A DNA stretch of 64,000 nucleotides from Escherichia phage ECML-359, in sequence record OL631482.1; one strand, 5' to 3'. Under the pieces are notes generated by a model. The model saw only the letters and a list, made by a program, of their open reading frames with translations. It searched no databases and was not told the DNA's origin. Below are positions 46,139 through 56,418 of the stretch, in pieces. Position numbers and translations under genes: made by a program. Position 1 is the stretch's first letter; every line of letters begins with the position of its first letter.

Positions 46139-46636
46139 ATGGAAGGAGCCTCAATCGATGTTACGTTTACAGCTCAATTAGAAACAAACGAAACATTAGT
46201 CGAAATAAATATAACTGAATATGAGGCCACCCCTGGCGTTAATGTTGAGGGTAATCATCTTTATGGTGTTTATGAATCCGTGTTCGGATTTGCGGATGAT
46301 GCACTTAAATATCGGCTTAATGACGAATTTAAAACTGCTGGTTCATGGGAAGACCTTCCTACCGATAAGAGTACTCAATTGTATCTCTGGAGGGCCCCAT
46401 CGAGCCTCCAGAAGGTCTTTTCATACACGGTAACCCTAACCTATGACTTTCAAGAAGAGAGCTCTGGCGGAGACACAGGGAACTCTGGTGGCAGTAATAG
46501 CCGTGCAGTTAATGAGACCGACCCACCTCCTGTGCCAGTAAGAAAGACAATGACAAAAGTTTACACAAAAACTATCGTTGGCAACTGGTCAAGATGGGCA
46601 GATAAATTGCGTTCATACGTATACGCGAGGGATTAA
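46139..46636 (+). CDS. hypothetical protein in gene 5.1 position
   Basis: Start chosen at ATG with GGAG SD just after gp5 stop; track ORF begins inside gp5. Confidence 0.45.
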   Translation: MEGASIDVTFTAQLETNETLVEINITEYEATPGVNVEGNHLYGVYESVFGFADDALKYRLNDEFKTAGSWEDLPTDKSTQLYLWRAPSSLQKVFSYTVTLTYDFQEESSGGDTGNSGGSNSRAVNETDPPPVPVRKTMTKVYTKTIVGNWSRWADKLRSYVYARD

Positions 46637-46929
46637 TGGCTGGATTAAGTTTTAATCAATGTGTTACAGCAGGCCACGAAGCATGGCCGCCGACTGTAAT
46701 TAATGCAACTCAAGGTAAAGTATTCACCGGGGGAATTCCAGTATTAGTTGCCGGAGACCCTATTACCGAGCATACCGAAATTAAAAAACCATATGAAACC
46801 CACGGCGGAGTAACACAACCGCGTACATCAAAGGTATTTGTTACTGGTAAGAAAGCTGTTCAAATGGCAGACCCGATTTCATGTGGTGATACTGTGGCTC
46901 AAGCCTCATCAAAAGTCTTTATAAAATAG
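46636..46929 (+). CDS. 5.4: PAAR-like spike-tip protein gp5.4
   Basis: 97 aa as in T4 gp5.4; directly after gene 5 region. Confidence 0.8.
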   Translation: MAGLSFNQCVTAGHEAWPPTVINATQGKVFTGGIPVLVAGDPITEHTEIKKPYETHGGVTQPRTSKVFVTGKKAVQMADPISCGDTVAQASSKVFIK

Positions 46930-46937
46930 GAAATAAA

Positions 46938-48884
46938 ATGGCTACTCCTACGAATTACCAATTAACAAGAACCGTTAACGCTATCCCAAAAGTATTTGTG
47001 GGAGCTACGTTTGAAGAAATTAAAAAGAATATCATCGACTGGTTATCAAGCCAGGATGAATTTAAGGATTATGATTTCGTAGGTTCGCGAATGAATATCC
47101 TGATTGACATGCTTGCATATAATACATTGTATATGCAGCAGTTTGCTAATACAGCGGTTTATGAATCATTTATCGGAACTGCAAACTTAAGGTCTTCAGT
47201 TGTTCAGGCTGCGCAGGATAATGGATATCTTCCATCTTCTCGCTCGGCTGCAAAGACTTCGGTTATGTTGACATGTTCTCATGCTCTGCAACCATCGAAT
47301 ATTGAAATCCCACGAGGAACTAAATTCCTGGCTTATGCTCGTGATACATCAGCTGACCCTTATGTTTTTGTTACCACGGAAAACGTTATCGCGGTTAAAG
47401 ATATTAACAACCAATACCTTCCGATTGTATCTCTGGCACAGGGTCGTATTATTCGTACGGAACTTTTATATGACCCGAAACAACCTATTCTTATCCGCGA
47501 CCCGGATATTGACCGCAAAGAAGTTAAGTTATATGTGAATGGTGTTGAGTGGGATGACTGGACGAACAAATCAATGGTTCACGCTGGTTCGACTTCCACC
47601 ATATTTTATATGCGTGAAACAATCGATGGCTATACCGAATTTTTCTTCGGTGAAGGCGAATCCACCAAATCTGTGGCCGGTGGCGTTATGGAAGCCAACT
47701 ATATTGGCGGTCTTAAACCTGTGCAAGATTCAACAATTGTTATTGAGTATCTTCGTACTTCCGGGGCAGATGCAAACGGCGCTGTTGATTTCAGTTATGC
47801 TGATACGTTGTCTTATATCACAGTGGATAAGATTACTGAAAACTACAATAATGACCCCGATTATGTCGGTGCTGATGGTGGTGGTGACCCAGAAGATATC
47901 GAACGTATCCGTGAACTGGCTGTTGTTAAACGTGAAGCGCAGATGCGTGCTGTCACCGGAACAGATTATGATACCTTCGTATCCGAAAGATTTGGGTCAA
48001 TTGTACAAGCCGTGCAGACGTTTACAGACGCTAATAAACCTGGATATGCGTTTATATCAGTTAAGCCTAAATCGGGCTTGTATCTCACTGCAGTGCAGCG
48101 CGAGGACATCCAGAACTACCTTAGCGAGTTCAACGTATCAACAATTACACCATCGGTAATTTCTCCGGATTATTTGTTCCTTAAACATAATATCAAAGTG
48201 TCTTATGCGCTGAACAAATTGCAAGAATCTGAACAATGGTTGCAAGCACAAATCATTAATCAGATTGACCGTTATTATATTGATGAAGTTGAAATCTTTA
48301 ACAGAAGTTTTGCTAAGTCAAAAATGCTTACATACGTGGATAATACCGACCATAGTATTCTTGGTTCGTCTGCAACCATTTCGATGGTGCGTGAGGTCCT
48401 GAACTTCTTTAAGACTCCAGAATCCGGCATTAAATACTATAACCAGTATGGCAACCGTTCAGTCGAATCAAGCGAATTTGAATTTGTTCCGACTACAGGT
48501 GAAGCCTATAACGTTCGCATTGTTGCAACTGATAAAGATTCTCGTGGTGATGGCAAAATGGTAATTGGTCCATTCCGTCCGGGTGATGTTATCGAAAACG
48601 TAAACATCCAGCCTTACCTACAAGATGACTTTAATAAAATGGAAGCTCCGACTGACCAAACAGTTTATTACGCAATTGGCGAAATTGACTATTACTCTGA
48701 CTATATTTTTTGGGATATCGCCGCGATTGGATTGACATCCGAGCGCTTTGAAGTTCAATCAATCGAACTTTATGCAAGTCCCAACCAAGATAATATATAC
48801 ACGCAAGATGGTTCACTGATTGTATTTGAGAATGACCTTCGTCCGCAATATACAAAGATTGACCTTGAACCGATTACACTATAA
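46938..48884 (+). CDS. 6: baseplate wedge protein gp6
   Basis: 648 aa; position and size as T4 gp6. Confidence 0.9.
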   Translation: MATPTNYQLTRTVNAIPKVFVGATFEEIKKNIIDWLSSQDEFKDYDFVGSRMNILIDMLAYNTLYMQQFANTAVYESFIGTANLRSSVVQAAQDNGYLPSSRSAAKTSVMLTCSHALQPSNIEIPRGTKFLAYARDTSADPYVFVTTENVIAVKDINNQYLPIVSLAQGRIIRTELLYDPKQPILIRDPDIDRKEVKLYVNGVEWDDWTNKSMVHAGSTSTIFYMRETIDGYTEFFFGEGESTKSVAGGVMEANYIGGLKPVQDSTIVIEYLRTSGADANGAVDFSYADTLSYITVDKITENYNNDPDYVGADGGGDPEDIERIRELAVVKREAQMRAVTGTDYDTFVSERFGSIVQAVQTFTDANKPGYAFISVKPKSGLYLTAVQREDIQNYLSEFNVSTITPSVISPDYLFLKHNIKVSYALNKLQESEQWLQAQIINQIDRYYIDEVEIFNRSFAKSKMLTYVDNTDHSILGSSATISMVREVLNFFKTPESGIKYYNQYGNRSVESSEFEFVPTTGEAYNVRIVATDKDSRGDGKMVIGPFRPGDVIENVNIQPYLQDDFNKMEAPTDQTVYYAIGEIDYYSDYIFWDIAAIGLTSERFEVQSIELYASPNQDNIYTQDGSLIVFENDLRPQYTKIDLEPITL

Positions 48885-48903
48885 GCCTCTTCGGAGGCTT
48901 TTT
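48884..48903 (+). terminator. hairpin terminator/attenuator between genes 6 and 7
   Basis: AGCCTCttcgGAGGCT followed by TTTTT, starting at the gp6 stop. Confidence 0.55.
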
Positions 48904-48912
48904 AAGGAAACC

Positions 48913-51900
48913 ATGATGAGTGTTAAAGCCCCTTATGTAACCAGCTTACGGATTGATAAACTATCTGCTAACCAGGTTAGCATAAAATGGGATAATGTTG
49001 GCGCCAACTTTTATTATTTTGTTGAGATTGCTACGACAAAAGAAAATGGTGTTGCTATTCCAGAAGAAAATCTGTTATGGAGGAATTTAGGTTATACTCC
49101 AGACAATGAATGGTTCGAACAAGATTTTATTCGTCCAGTATCATTTTACAAAATGCGTGTTGCTGTTGCAGCAATGGGTTTTGAACAATCTGATTGGGTT
49201 TATACCGAAGAATTTGAAACCTTTGCAACTAACGCATACACATTTGAGCACATGCGTGAATTTACATTAACAAATAAATTCATCGAAGAAAAATTTACAA
49301 ACAATAACCAAGCTTATATCAACTTTAATAATGATGCAATTATGGCATCGCTGATGTCTGAAGATTTTAGCTTTACTCCTGCGTATTCTCATTTGTCTTC
49401 AATTTCAAACTATGTATTAAAAGAAGACCAATACCACGAAATCCAGGGTAGCATTCAGCCGGTATGTAACGATGTTAATCGTACGATGATTGCTGAACTC
49501 GGTGGCGTACTGTATTTGTTTGAACGATTCCAGACAACTGTCAAAGTCTCCAATGATAAAGGGCAGAACTGGTATTATGTAAAATTGTTTAATGACCGTA
49601 TCGGTAACCCAGTATCGCGCACAATTTATTATCAATCAGATACAACAACTTATGTACTCGGGTATGACCGAATTTTTTACGGTCGCAAATCAAGTGACAT
49701 AAGATGGTCTGCTGATGATGTTCGATTCAGTTCTCAGGACATAACATTTGCAAAAATTGGTTCGGATATCAATCTTGGATTTGATATTGAAATATTTGGC
49801 ACATACGCAAGACTTCCTGCTTATATCTCGACAATTGCCGAAGCAATCACTACGACCGATTCCATGATTTACGTTGCTGGGCGCGACCGCGTGTACAAAG
49901 CTAAATCTTCTGATGCTCCAATTGATAACGACCCCAACTCCCCAACATTCGGTGAAAAATTATTTGAAGCTGGATATAGCACAATAAGTGGTAACCCAAA
50001 AGCTGTTTGTTATAAGATGGATGCAATTGATGGTGAAGTATTTGCATTAATCACGGGGGAAGTAAAAGAAGAGCGACAAGACCCGACTAAACCTGAAAAC
50101 GTTGTCGATTCGTTATCTAAGGGCGTTTATAAATTAAATGCTGACACCGATACATGGACACGAGTTTTTGGTAACACAGAGGATGAACGTCGACGTATTG
50201 AACATGGTTACACAAGCATGTCAACCGACGGAATTGAACTTTTTATCAGTTCAAGTAATTTCCGTTATTCCGTTGAACCAGATACCGAACTCCCTGCTAA
50301 GTATCCTGAAGAAGTTAACGAAGCAGTCAAATATGTGTATGATGAACAATGGATACACGACAAGCATTATTTGATGATGAGTTTTAGGTCGAATAAAGAT
50401 TCAGGTTGGGAAGAGTTTAAACCTGGTCGTATGTCATATTACGCTGAACCGTTCTTTAACTGGTCTCGTCGTGATGATACTCGTTGTTGGATTACCACAT
50501 CAGACAGAGCTCTGGTTGTATATAATGACATGCTATATCAAAAGATTATCGATACCTTTGGTGGTTCATCGCCTGAACGTATTGTACACGAATACTGGAA
50601 TAAAGGCCAAGTAAAAGTTACTTCTCCTAACATCGAATTCAATGGCTTTAAAAAATACGCCTCGGGTATTATGTTACACAAAAATACTGGAGAGCTTATT
50701 GGCTATTTTGAATTTGACTATCGTAGACGTGATGAAGTTAGATTAATCTGGAAACCGAAAGAAGTTATGTTCACTGCAGAATTACAGAACCAGGAACATG
50801 ATATTCCATGGACACCAGATAATGACGAACAAGAGAAAGACCCAGACTTGCGTCCTCTTTTAACAAAGATGGTTCCAGATAGTTATTTGCTCCAGGATAG
50901 CAACTTTGAAAAATTCTGTGAATATTATTTGCAGTTTATCAGTGATGGCTCTGGTACATATTATAACAACCTTTTGAACTTAATTCGCAACCAGTACCCG
51001 CGCGAGGAAGATGCATGGGAATACCTTTGGAGCGAAATGTACAAAAGAAATATATATTTGTCAAAGACCAAGCGTGACGAAGTAGTTCGTTTCTTTGAAG
51101 CAAGACAGTCTGATTTTTGGGCAACTAAGGGGACTGAAGCATCCTATAAATTTTTGTTCAAATTGTTATATAATGAAGACGTTGAAATTGATATTGAATC
51201 CAAGAACGGAACCGAGTATGACATAATCATCGAATCTGATAACATCAGCGAAGATATTGTTGGACAAACAATTTACACACCAACTGGTCGCAGTAACGTT
51301 ACTTATATGGAACGTGACTACAAACAGGGTAAATTGAGATGGCGTATCACGATTCATAACTTACTTGGTCGCTTTATTGTTGGGCAAGAAATTAAATCCG
51401 AAAGGACTTCCTTTGAAGGTATGATTGTTCAGGGTGTTCGTGGGAAAGAATTACTTAGCAACAACATCGATTATATCAACCGAAATCGTTCTTACTATGT
51501 AATGACCATTAAATCAAGTCTCCCAACATCTCGTTATCGTAATGACGTATTGCGATTTGTTCATCCGGTTGGATTTGGATTCGTTGGAATTACATTATTG
51601 ACAATGTTTGTTAATGCTGGTCTGTCATTAAAACATACAGAAACTATTATCAATAAACTGAACAACTATCGTTGGTCGTCTGGTATTCCGTCAGAATGGT
51701 GCGACCGTATCGCAGTTATTGGGGCCGATGGAAACATTGAGCATAGTCCTGTTACAGGTGAAGCAGTATATAATATTGCTCCTAATGCAGGTTTACCATT
51801 CCCATTACCAGCAGATTATGATGCCGAAAACGATTTTTCGGATTTTCATGGAACTCTCCCGTCTGAACGTCGTAAAAAATACAGTCCATTGTTTGACCAG

Positions 51901-52011
51901 TCTGCCGTGACTTTTGCTAACTGGCGCAATTTGGTTAATCAACGTCTTAAGGATGATATTGGTAATCCACGCGACCCGAAAGAACCCACACAGGTAAAGG
52001 TAAATGAATAA
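48913..52011 (+). CDS. 7: baseplate wedge protein gp7
   Basis: 1032 aa from ATG 48913 (same length as T4 gp7); track start lies inside the terminator. Confidence 0.9.
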   Translation: MMSVKAPYVTSLRIDKLSANQVSIKWDNVGANFYYFVEIATTKENGVAIPEENLLWRNLGYTPDNEWFEQDFIRPVSFYKMRVAVAAMGFEQSDWVYTEEFETFATNAYTFEHMREFTLTNKFIEEKFTNNNQAYINFNNDAIMASLMSEDFSFTPAYSHLSSISNYVLKEDQYHEIQGSIQPVCNDVNRTMIAELGGVLYLFERFQTTVKVSNDKGQNWYYVKLFNDRIGNPVSRTIYYQSDTTTYVLGYDRIFYGRKSSDIRWSADDVRFSSQDITFAKIGSDINLGFDIEIFGTYARLPAYISTIAEAITTTDSMIYVAGRDRVYKAKSSDAPIDNDPNSPTFGEKLFEAGYSTISGNPKAVCYKMDAIDGEVFALITGEVKEERQDPTKPENVVDSLSKGVYKLNADTDTWTRVFGNTEDERRRIEHGYTSMSTDGIELFISSSNFRYSVEPDTELPAKYPEEVNEAVKYVYDEQWIHDKHYLMMSFRSNKDSGWEEFKPGRMSYYAEPFFNWSRRDDTRCWITTSDRALVVYNDMLYQKIIDTFGGSSPERIVHEYWNKGQVKVTSPNIEFNGFKKYASGIMLHKNTGELIGYFEFDYRRRDEVRLIWKPKEVMFTAELQNQEHDIPWTPDNDEQEKDPDLRPLLTKMVPDSYLLQDSNFEKFCEYYLQFISDGSGTYYNNLLNLIRNQYPREEDAWEYLWSEMYKRNIYLSKTKRDEVVRFFEARQSDFWATKGTEASYKFLFKLLYNEDVEIDIESKNGTEYDIIIESDNISEDIVGQTIYTPTGRSNVTYMERDYKQGKLRWRITIHNLLGRFIVGQEIKSERTSFEGMIVQGVRGKELLSNNIDYINRNRSYYVMTIKSSLPTSRYRNDVLRFVHPVGFGFVGITLLTMFVNAGLSLKHTETIINKLNNYRWSSGIPSEWCDRIAVIGADGNIEHSPVTGEAVYNIAPNAGLPFPLPADYDAENDFSDFHGTLPSERRKKYSPLFDQSAVTFANWRNLVNQRLKDDIGNPRDPKEPTQVKVNE

Positions 52012-53008
52012 TTCATCTGTAGTTTATCGTTCGATAATTACCTCGAAATTTCGAACTGAAAAAATGTATAACTTTTATAAAATGATTGGTAACGAGCCCG
52101 ACCAGAATACGATGTATGTAACATTCGGTCGTGCTGAACCCTGGGCTTCGAATGAGAATGACCCGGGGTTCGCCCCTCCTTATCCGGTTGATACAGCACA
52201 AGGTGTTGAAGATACTTGGACCAATATGATGGGGGCAGTCAAAGTTTATAAATCAATGCTTGATTGTGTTGTCCCACGTAAAGACTGGGGCGATATCAGA
52301 TATCCTAATCCGCTTAACTTCCAGGTAGGGGAAATTGTTGTAGCTAACAGTGCTCCATATAACCGAACTGATGTTGGTAAAGGTTGGATGGTTTATCGTT
52401 GTGTAGATGTTCCTGATGTTGGGACTTGCTCCATTTATTCCATTATCAATAAAGAAGAGTGCTTAAAACTCGGTGGTAAATGGACGGCGGAATATAACTC
52501 GACGAGAGCTCCAGCAGGGACTGGCGACACTGAAGGACGAGTTGATATGGGCGATGGTTATCTCTGGGAATATTTGTATGAGATTCCGCCTGATGTATCC
52601 ATCAACCGTTGTACTAACGAATATATTGTTGTTCCATGGCCTGAAGAAATCGAAGAAGACCCGTCACGCTGGGGTTACAAAGACAATATCAGCTGGCAAC
52701 AAGATGATTTTGGTTTAATATATAGAATCAAAGGATATACAATAAGATTTAAAGCATTTATGGATTCCATTTACTTCCCAGAATTCAGTCTCCCGGGAAA
52801 CAAAGGCTTCCGACAGCTGTCAATTATATCCAACCCGCTTGAAGTTAAAGTACATCCTAATGACCCAAATATCAAAGCAATCAAAGAATACTATGATGCA
52901 ATTGATTTGGACCGTCATTCTGGGGAAATGATTTATATGGAAAACCGCCCGCCAATTATTCGTGCAATGGACCAGACAGAAGAAGTTAACATTATTTTTG
53001 AATTCTAA
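52004..53008 (+). CDS. 8: baseplate wedge protein gp8
   Basis: 334 aa as T4 gp8; overlaps gp7 stop. Confidence 0.9.
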   Translation: MNNSSVVYRSIITSKFRTEKMYNFYKMIGNEPDQNTMYVTFGRAEPWASNENDPGFAPPYPVDTAQGVEDTWTNMMGAVKVYKSMLDCVVPRKDWGDIRYPNPLNFQVGEIVVANSAPYNRTDVGKGWMVYRCVDVPDVGTCSIYSIINKEECLKLGGKWTAEYNSTRAPAGTGDTEGRVDMGDGYLWEYLYEIPPDVSINRCTNEYIVVPWPEEIEEDPSRWGYKDNISWQQDDFGLIYRIKGYTIRFKAFMDSIYFPEFSLPGNKGFRQLSIISNPLEVKVHPNDPNIKAIKEYYDAIDLDRHSGEMIYMENRPPIIRAMDQTEEVNIIFEF

Positions 53009-53011
53009 CTA

Positions 53012-53033
53012 GGGGCCTTCGGGTCCCTTTTTT
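53012..53033 (+). terminator. rho-independent terminator after gene 8
   Basis: GGGGCCttcgGGTCCC followed by TTTTTT. Confidence 0.55.
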
Positions 53034-53037
53034 ATTC

Positions 53038-53045
53038 TATAAATA
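53038..53045 (+). promoter_or_regulatory. T4-type late promoter TATAAATA for gene 9
   Basis: Exact TATAAATA 27 nt upstream of gp9 ATG. Confidence 0.6.
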
Positions 53046-53072
53046 TAGCTATATCAATAACGAGGCTTACCT

Positions 53073-53942
53073 ATGATTAATCAAACCCCAAAATTATTAG
53101 TAGACATCGGCGAGATTGGTAACGCCAGCACCGGTGATATTCTATATGAAGGCGGTCGTAAACTGAACGTAGATTTAGACAGTTTGTATAATACATTTGG
53201 CGACCAGCGTCTATACTCCGTGAACAATGGAGAAAACACCCAGGTTCTTCACGCGACTGGGTACTATCAAAAAGCTACAAATATCATCGAATGGAACTCA
53301 ACTGTTGCTCTCGGTTCTATGCGTGATGTCAATACTGCCGAAGGTGTTATCACTGCAAGAATTGCAAAAGGTAAAGCAGGCGAAGGTGTTATCTTTATTA
53401 ACTCCAATGGTTCATTATCCACCTCGATGCCTCTGGAAGTTGAACTACAAGGCACGGATTCATTCCTGACCGCTGCAACGAACAAAATGAAATTTACTCA
53501 GCCTTATACAAAAATTACATTGTGGTGTATTGACGATGCTAACGGCGTAGGGACCTGGGACTACAAAATTGAAAGTATGTTTGGTAACCAATCTGTATTG
53601 CTCGACAAAACATACAATATGAGCTCGGTTGTTCGTGATATTCCAATCGCTTACCGCGCAGATTATAAAACTATCAAATTGATGCTTACGGCTATTTCAA
53701 CAGACGAAACTAAATACAAAGCATCAGAAATGTTACTTTACATCGACCTTAAGGACCGCAAGGTATATAGCACAGAATACGCTGTAATCAGACGTGGACA
53801 AGCTAACGACGATGATGAGATATATGCTATCGATTTTAGAATTGATAACCAGGACATCATACAGGCGGCTATAAGCTCACCCACTGCCATGAAGCTCGCT
53901 ATTAAAGTAATTTCCGCCCAAACAATCGGAGTACCGGTATAA
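53073..53942 (+). CDS. 9: baseplate protein gp9 (long-tail-fibre socket)
   Basis: 289 aa; position and size as T4 gp9. Confidence 0.85.
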   Translation: MINQTPKLLVDIGEIGNASTGDILYEGGRKLNVDLDSLYNTFGDQRLYSVNNGENTQVLHATGYYQKATNIIEWNSTVALGSMRDVNTAEGVITARIAKGKAGEGVIFINSNGSLSTSMPLEVELQGTDSFLTAATNKMKFTQPYTKITLWCIDDANGVGTWDYKIESMFGNQSVLLDKTYNMSSVVRDIPIAYRADYKTIKLMLTAISTDETKYKASEMLLYIDLKDRKVYSTEYAVIRRGQANDDDEIYAIDFRIDNQDIIQAAISSPTAMKLAIKVISAQTIGVPV

Positions 53943-55753
53943 TGAAACAGAATTTAAAAATTGGCAATATGGTTGATGATGGTACTGGTGATTACCTTCG
54001 TCTCGGCGGTCAAAAAATAAATAATAACTTTGATGACCTTTATTATCAGCTAGGGGACGGTGAAAATCCCCATGCAGCTGGTGCATGGAAAACTTGGACT
54101 ACGCAAGAAGGCACCGAGTTGTCCGCTGTTATGGGTCGAAGCTATACCATCGATACATCAGCCGGTGCAGTTCGAGTTATCCTTCCAAAAGGAACAACTC
54201 AAGAATACAATTATGTAATTCGCTTGCGTGATGTGTTTGCTACCTGGCAAATCAACCCGGTGACAATTGTTCCTGCAGTTGGGGATACGATTAAAGGCTC
54301 ACCGAATCCAGTAGAAATTAAACGCAACTTAGCTGACCTTGAACTTGTATATTGTTCACCAGGTCGTTGGGAATATATCGATAATAAACAAGTCGATAAA
54401 ATTTCAAATAACGACGTTGCTACAGTTGCATCCCAACAGTTTATTGCCACCGAAGGACAAACTGACTTTATCAATGTGTTTGGTGCTATTCCATATAGCA
54501 TATCGAACTTAGAAGTCAAACATCGTGGTAACGACCTGTTTTATGGTAAAGATGATATTTTCGACCCGGTGAATGCTGAATTTGGTTCCCCTGGTGCAAA
54601 CCCTGGTGAAATCGTTGCGCTTGATGGTAAAAGCATCCGTCTGAAAATGCCATGTGCTGAAGGTGATACTGTTATCATCCGAACATTTAATGATGGTATT
54701 GCTCAATGGCGTAGTTCGTATAATCGTCGTGATATACTTGTTCGTAGTCAAGACAGGACCAAAGAAACAACAATTAATGGTTCTTTGATTGTTACAGATT
54801 TGACAACCAAACACACCTTTACAATTGAAGAACTTGGTATTTCTCCGGGTAGCCCAATTAACCCAAACGCATGTCAGGTATTCATTAACAGTATTTTGCA
54901 ACATCAAGCTGGTACTGCGGGAACTCCAGTATTTTATTGTGAAGGTGCACAAGGTTCTACTGCTGCAGAATGTAGTGCAAATGGTGGTAGCTGGTCTGAA
55001 TCAAACCAGGATTATTTGCTGCAATTTGATGATGATAACCGTATCGAAGGCATTAGCATTTACCGTGAATTTGAAGACGGTGATATTCTGTCGGTCATTT
55101 GGTACAATAACGATATCGGCACAACTATGACCATGGATGAAATCCGTGATGAGACTGATACTCTTTATGTTTCTCAGGGAAATACGTTGAGCCTAACCGG
55201 TCGTGTGCGTATTACAGATTTTGATAATCCGTTTGCACCAAACGTTGAACCAGTCGGTCTTCAGGAAGTTGTTCCATCTTCTGTTGGCGCTATCTTTGAA
55301 TTATTCTATCCGGTCGGTACAATTTACGAAAATACGGTTAACCCAAATAACCCGGTTACTTATATGGGATTTGGTTCATGGAAACGTTTGAAAGAACGTG
55401 TAATTGTTGCCTGGTCAGACGACCCTGCCTCAAACTTCCATACAAACAATAATGACCTGGATTCTGGTGGTAACCCACAAGCGACAGCAGGTGGTACAGG
55501 TGGTAGCGTTGAAGTTCATATTAAAGATATAAACGTACCTAAACTTGAAACTGATGAGAAGGTTTTAGTTGTTGATGATAATGGCCCGATTGTTGTCGGT
55601 GGTTGTCAGGTAGACCCGGATGCACAAGGTCCAGCCTATACCAAATACAGAGAAGACAAAGCCACCATTAACCAGGCGCAAGACCCTCAAGCTCAACCGG
55701 TTTATACAATGCCTCCATATTTGATTGCTCATCGCTGGGTAAGGATTGCTTAA
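53942..55753 (+). CDS. 10: baseplate protein gp10
   Basis: 603 aa; position and size as T4 gp10. Confidence 0.9.
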   Translation: MKQNLKIGNMVDDGTGDYLRLGGQKINNNFDDLYYQLGDGENPHAAGAWKTWTTQEGTELSAVMGRSYTIDTSAGAVRVILPKGTTQEYNYVIRLRDVFATWQINPVTIVPAVGDTIKGSPNPVEIKRNLADLELVYCSPGRWEYIDNKQVDKISNNDVATVASQQFIATEGQTDFINVFGAIPYSISNLEVKHRGNDLFYGKDDIFDPVNAEFGSPGANPGEIVALDGKSIRLKMPCAEGDTVIIRTFNDGIAQWRSSYNRRDILVRSQDRTKETTINGSLIVTDLTTKHTFTIEELGISPGSPINPNACQVFINSILQHQAGTAGTPVFYCEGAQGSTAAECSANGGSWSESNQDYLLQFDDDNRIEGISIYREFEDGDILSVIWYNNDIGTTMTMDEIRDETDTLYVSQGNTLSLTGRVRITDFDNPFAPNVEPVGLQEVVPSSVGAIFELFYPVGTIYENTVNPNNPVTYMGFGSWKRLKERVIVAWSDDPASNFHTNNNDLDSGGNPQATAGGTGGSVEVHIKDINVPKLETDEKVLVVDDNGPIVVGGCQVDPDAQGPAYTKYREDKATINQAQDPQAQPVYTMPPYLIAHRWVRIA

Positions 55754-56418
55754 TGAAAACATTAACGAATAAAAAGGCTGGAGTAATTTCCCGCCTTGCT
55801 AGTTGCTTAGAATTTCAAAATACATCAAAAAATATTACGGCTGTCATGGGTCAACGAGCAATCGGCGGCCCATCTGCAACACAAACAACCGAGGGTATTT
55901 TTTATCCAACAGTTCAGAGCGCAATAGATGATATTGCGTTTCGATATGAGCTTCCGGTTGGCAGTGTAATTACTAATACGAATAACCTTTCTCCTGCGGC
56001 AATCAGTCAGTCGGATAAAATTAAATTTACCGGGTCTATTTCTGGTGCTGGAGTTGGTGATACTGTTTTATTTTTCATTTTTGGTATTCCAGTTGAGGTT
56101 ATTGTCGGGGATTCGGCTGTATTAGTTGCTTCCAAGGTTAACGATGCTTTGTTAGCGGCTGTTGCTGATAGTTTAATTGTGTCAAGCTCTGCAATTGATA
56201 GTGTAGACCAGTCTATATTAAATATTACATATAACGATTATCAAAACCATAATTTTGCACCTTTTGCTCAATATGGTTGTACGCTTAGCCAGACTATTAT
56301 ACAACAACCGCGCGGTGGTTATGGTTCCTGGGAATATCTTGGAACTTCAACCCAGACATTATCAGGTGGCACAGCAGATGGCGCAATTTCACTTTACCAT
56401 TATAAGCGAGTATCGTAA
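55753..56418 (+). CDS. 11: baseplate protein gp11 (short-tail-fibre attachment)
   Basis: 221 aa; position and size as T4 gp11. Confidence 0.85.
   Translation: MKTLTNKKAGVISRLASCLEFQNTSKNITAVMGQRAIGGPSATQTTEGIFYPTVQSAIDDIAFRYELPVGSVITNTNNLSPAAISQSDKIKFTGSISGAGVGDTVLFFIFGIPVEVIVGDSAVLVASKVNDALLAAVADSLIVSSSAIDSVDQSILNITYNDYQNHNFAPFAQYGCTLSQTIIQQPRGGYGSWEYLGTSTQTLSGGTADGAISLYHYKRVS

Noticed and set aside
47539-48159. 206-aa alternative-frame ORF inside gene 6 and several minus-strand ORFs inside genes 5, 7, 10, 12, wac and 17
   Set aside because: All lie within long, well-supported late genes in other frames or on the opposite strand; no independent start signals.
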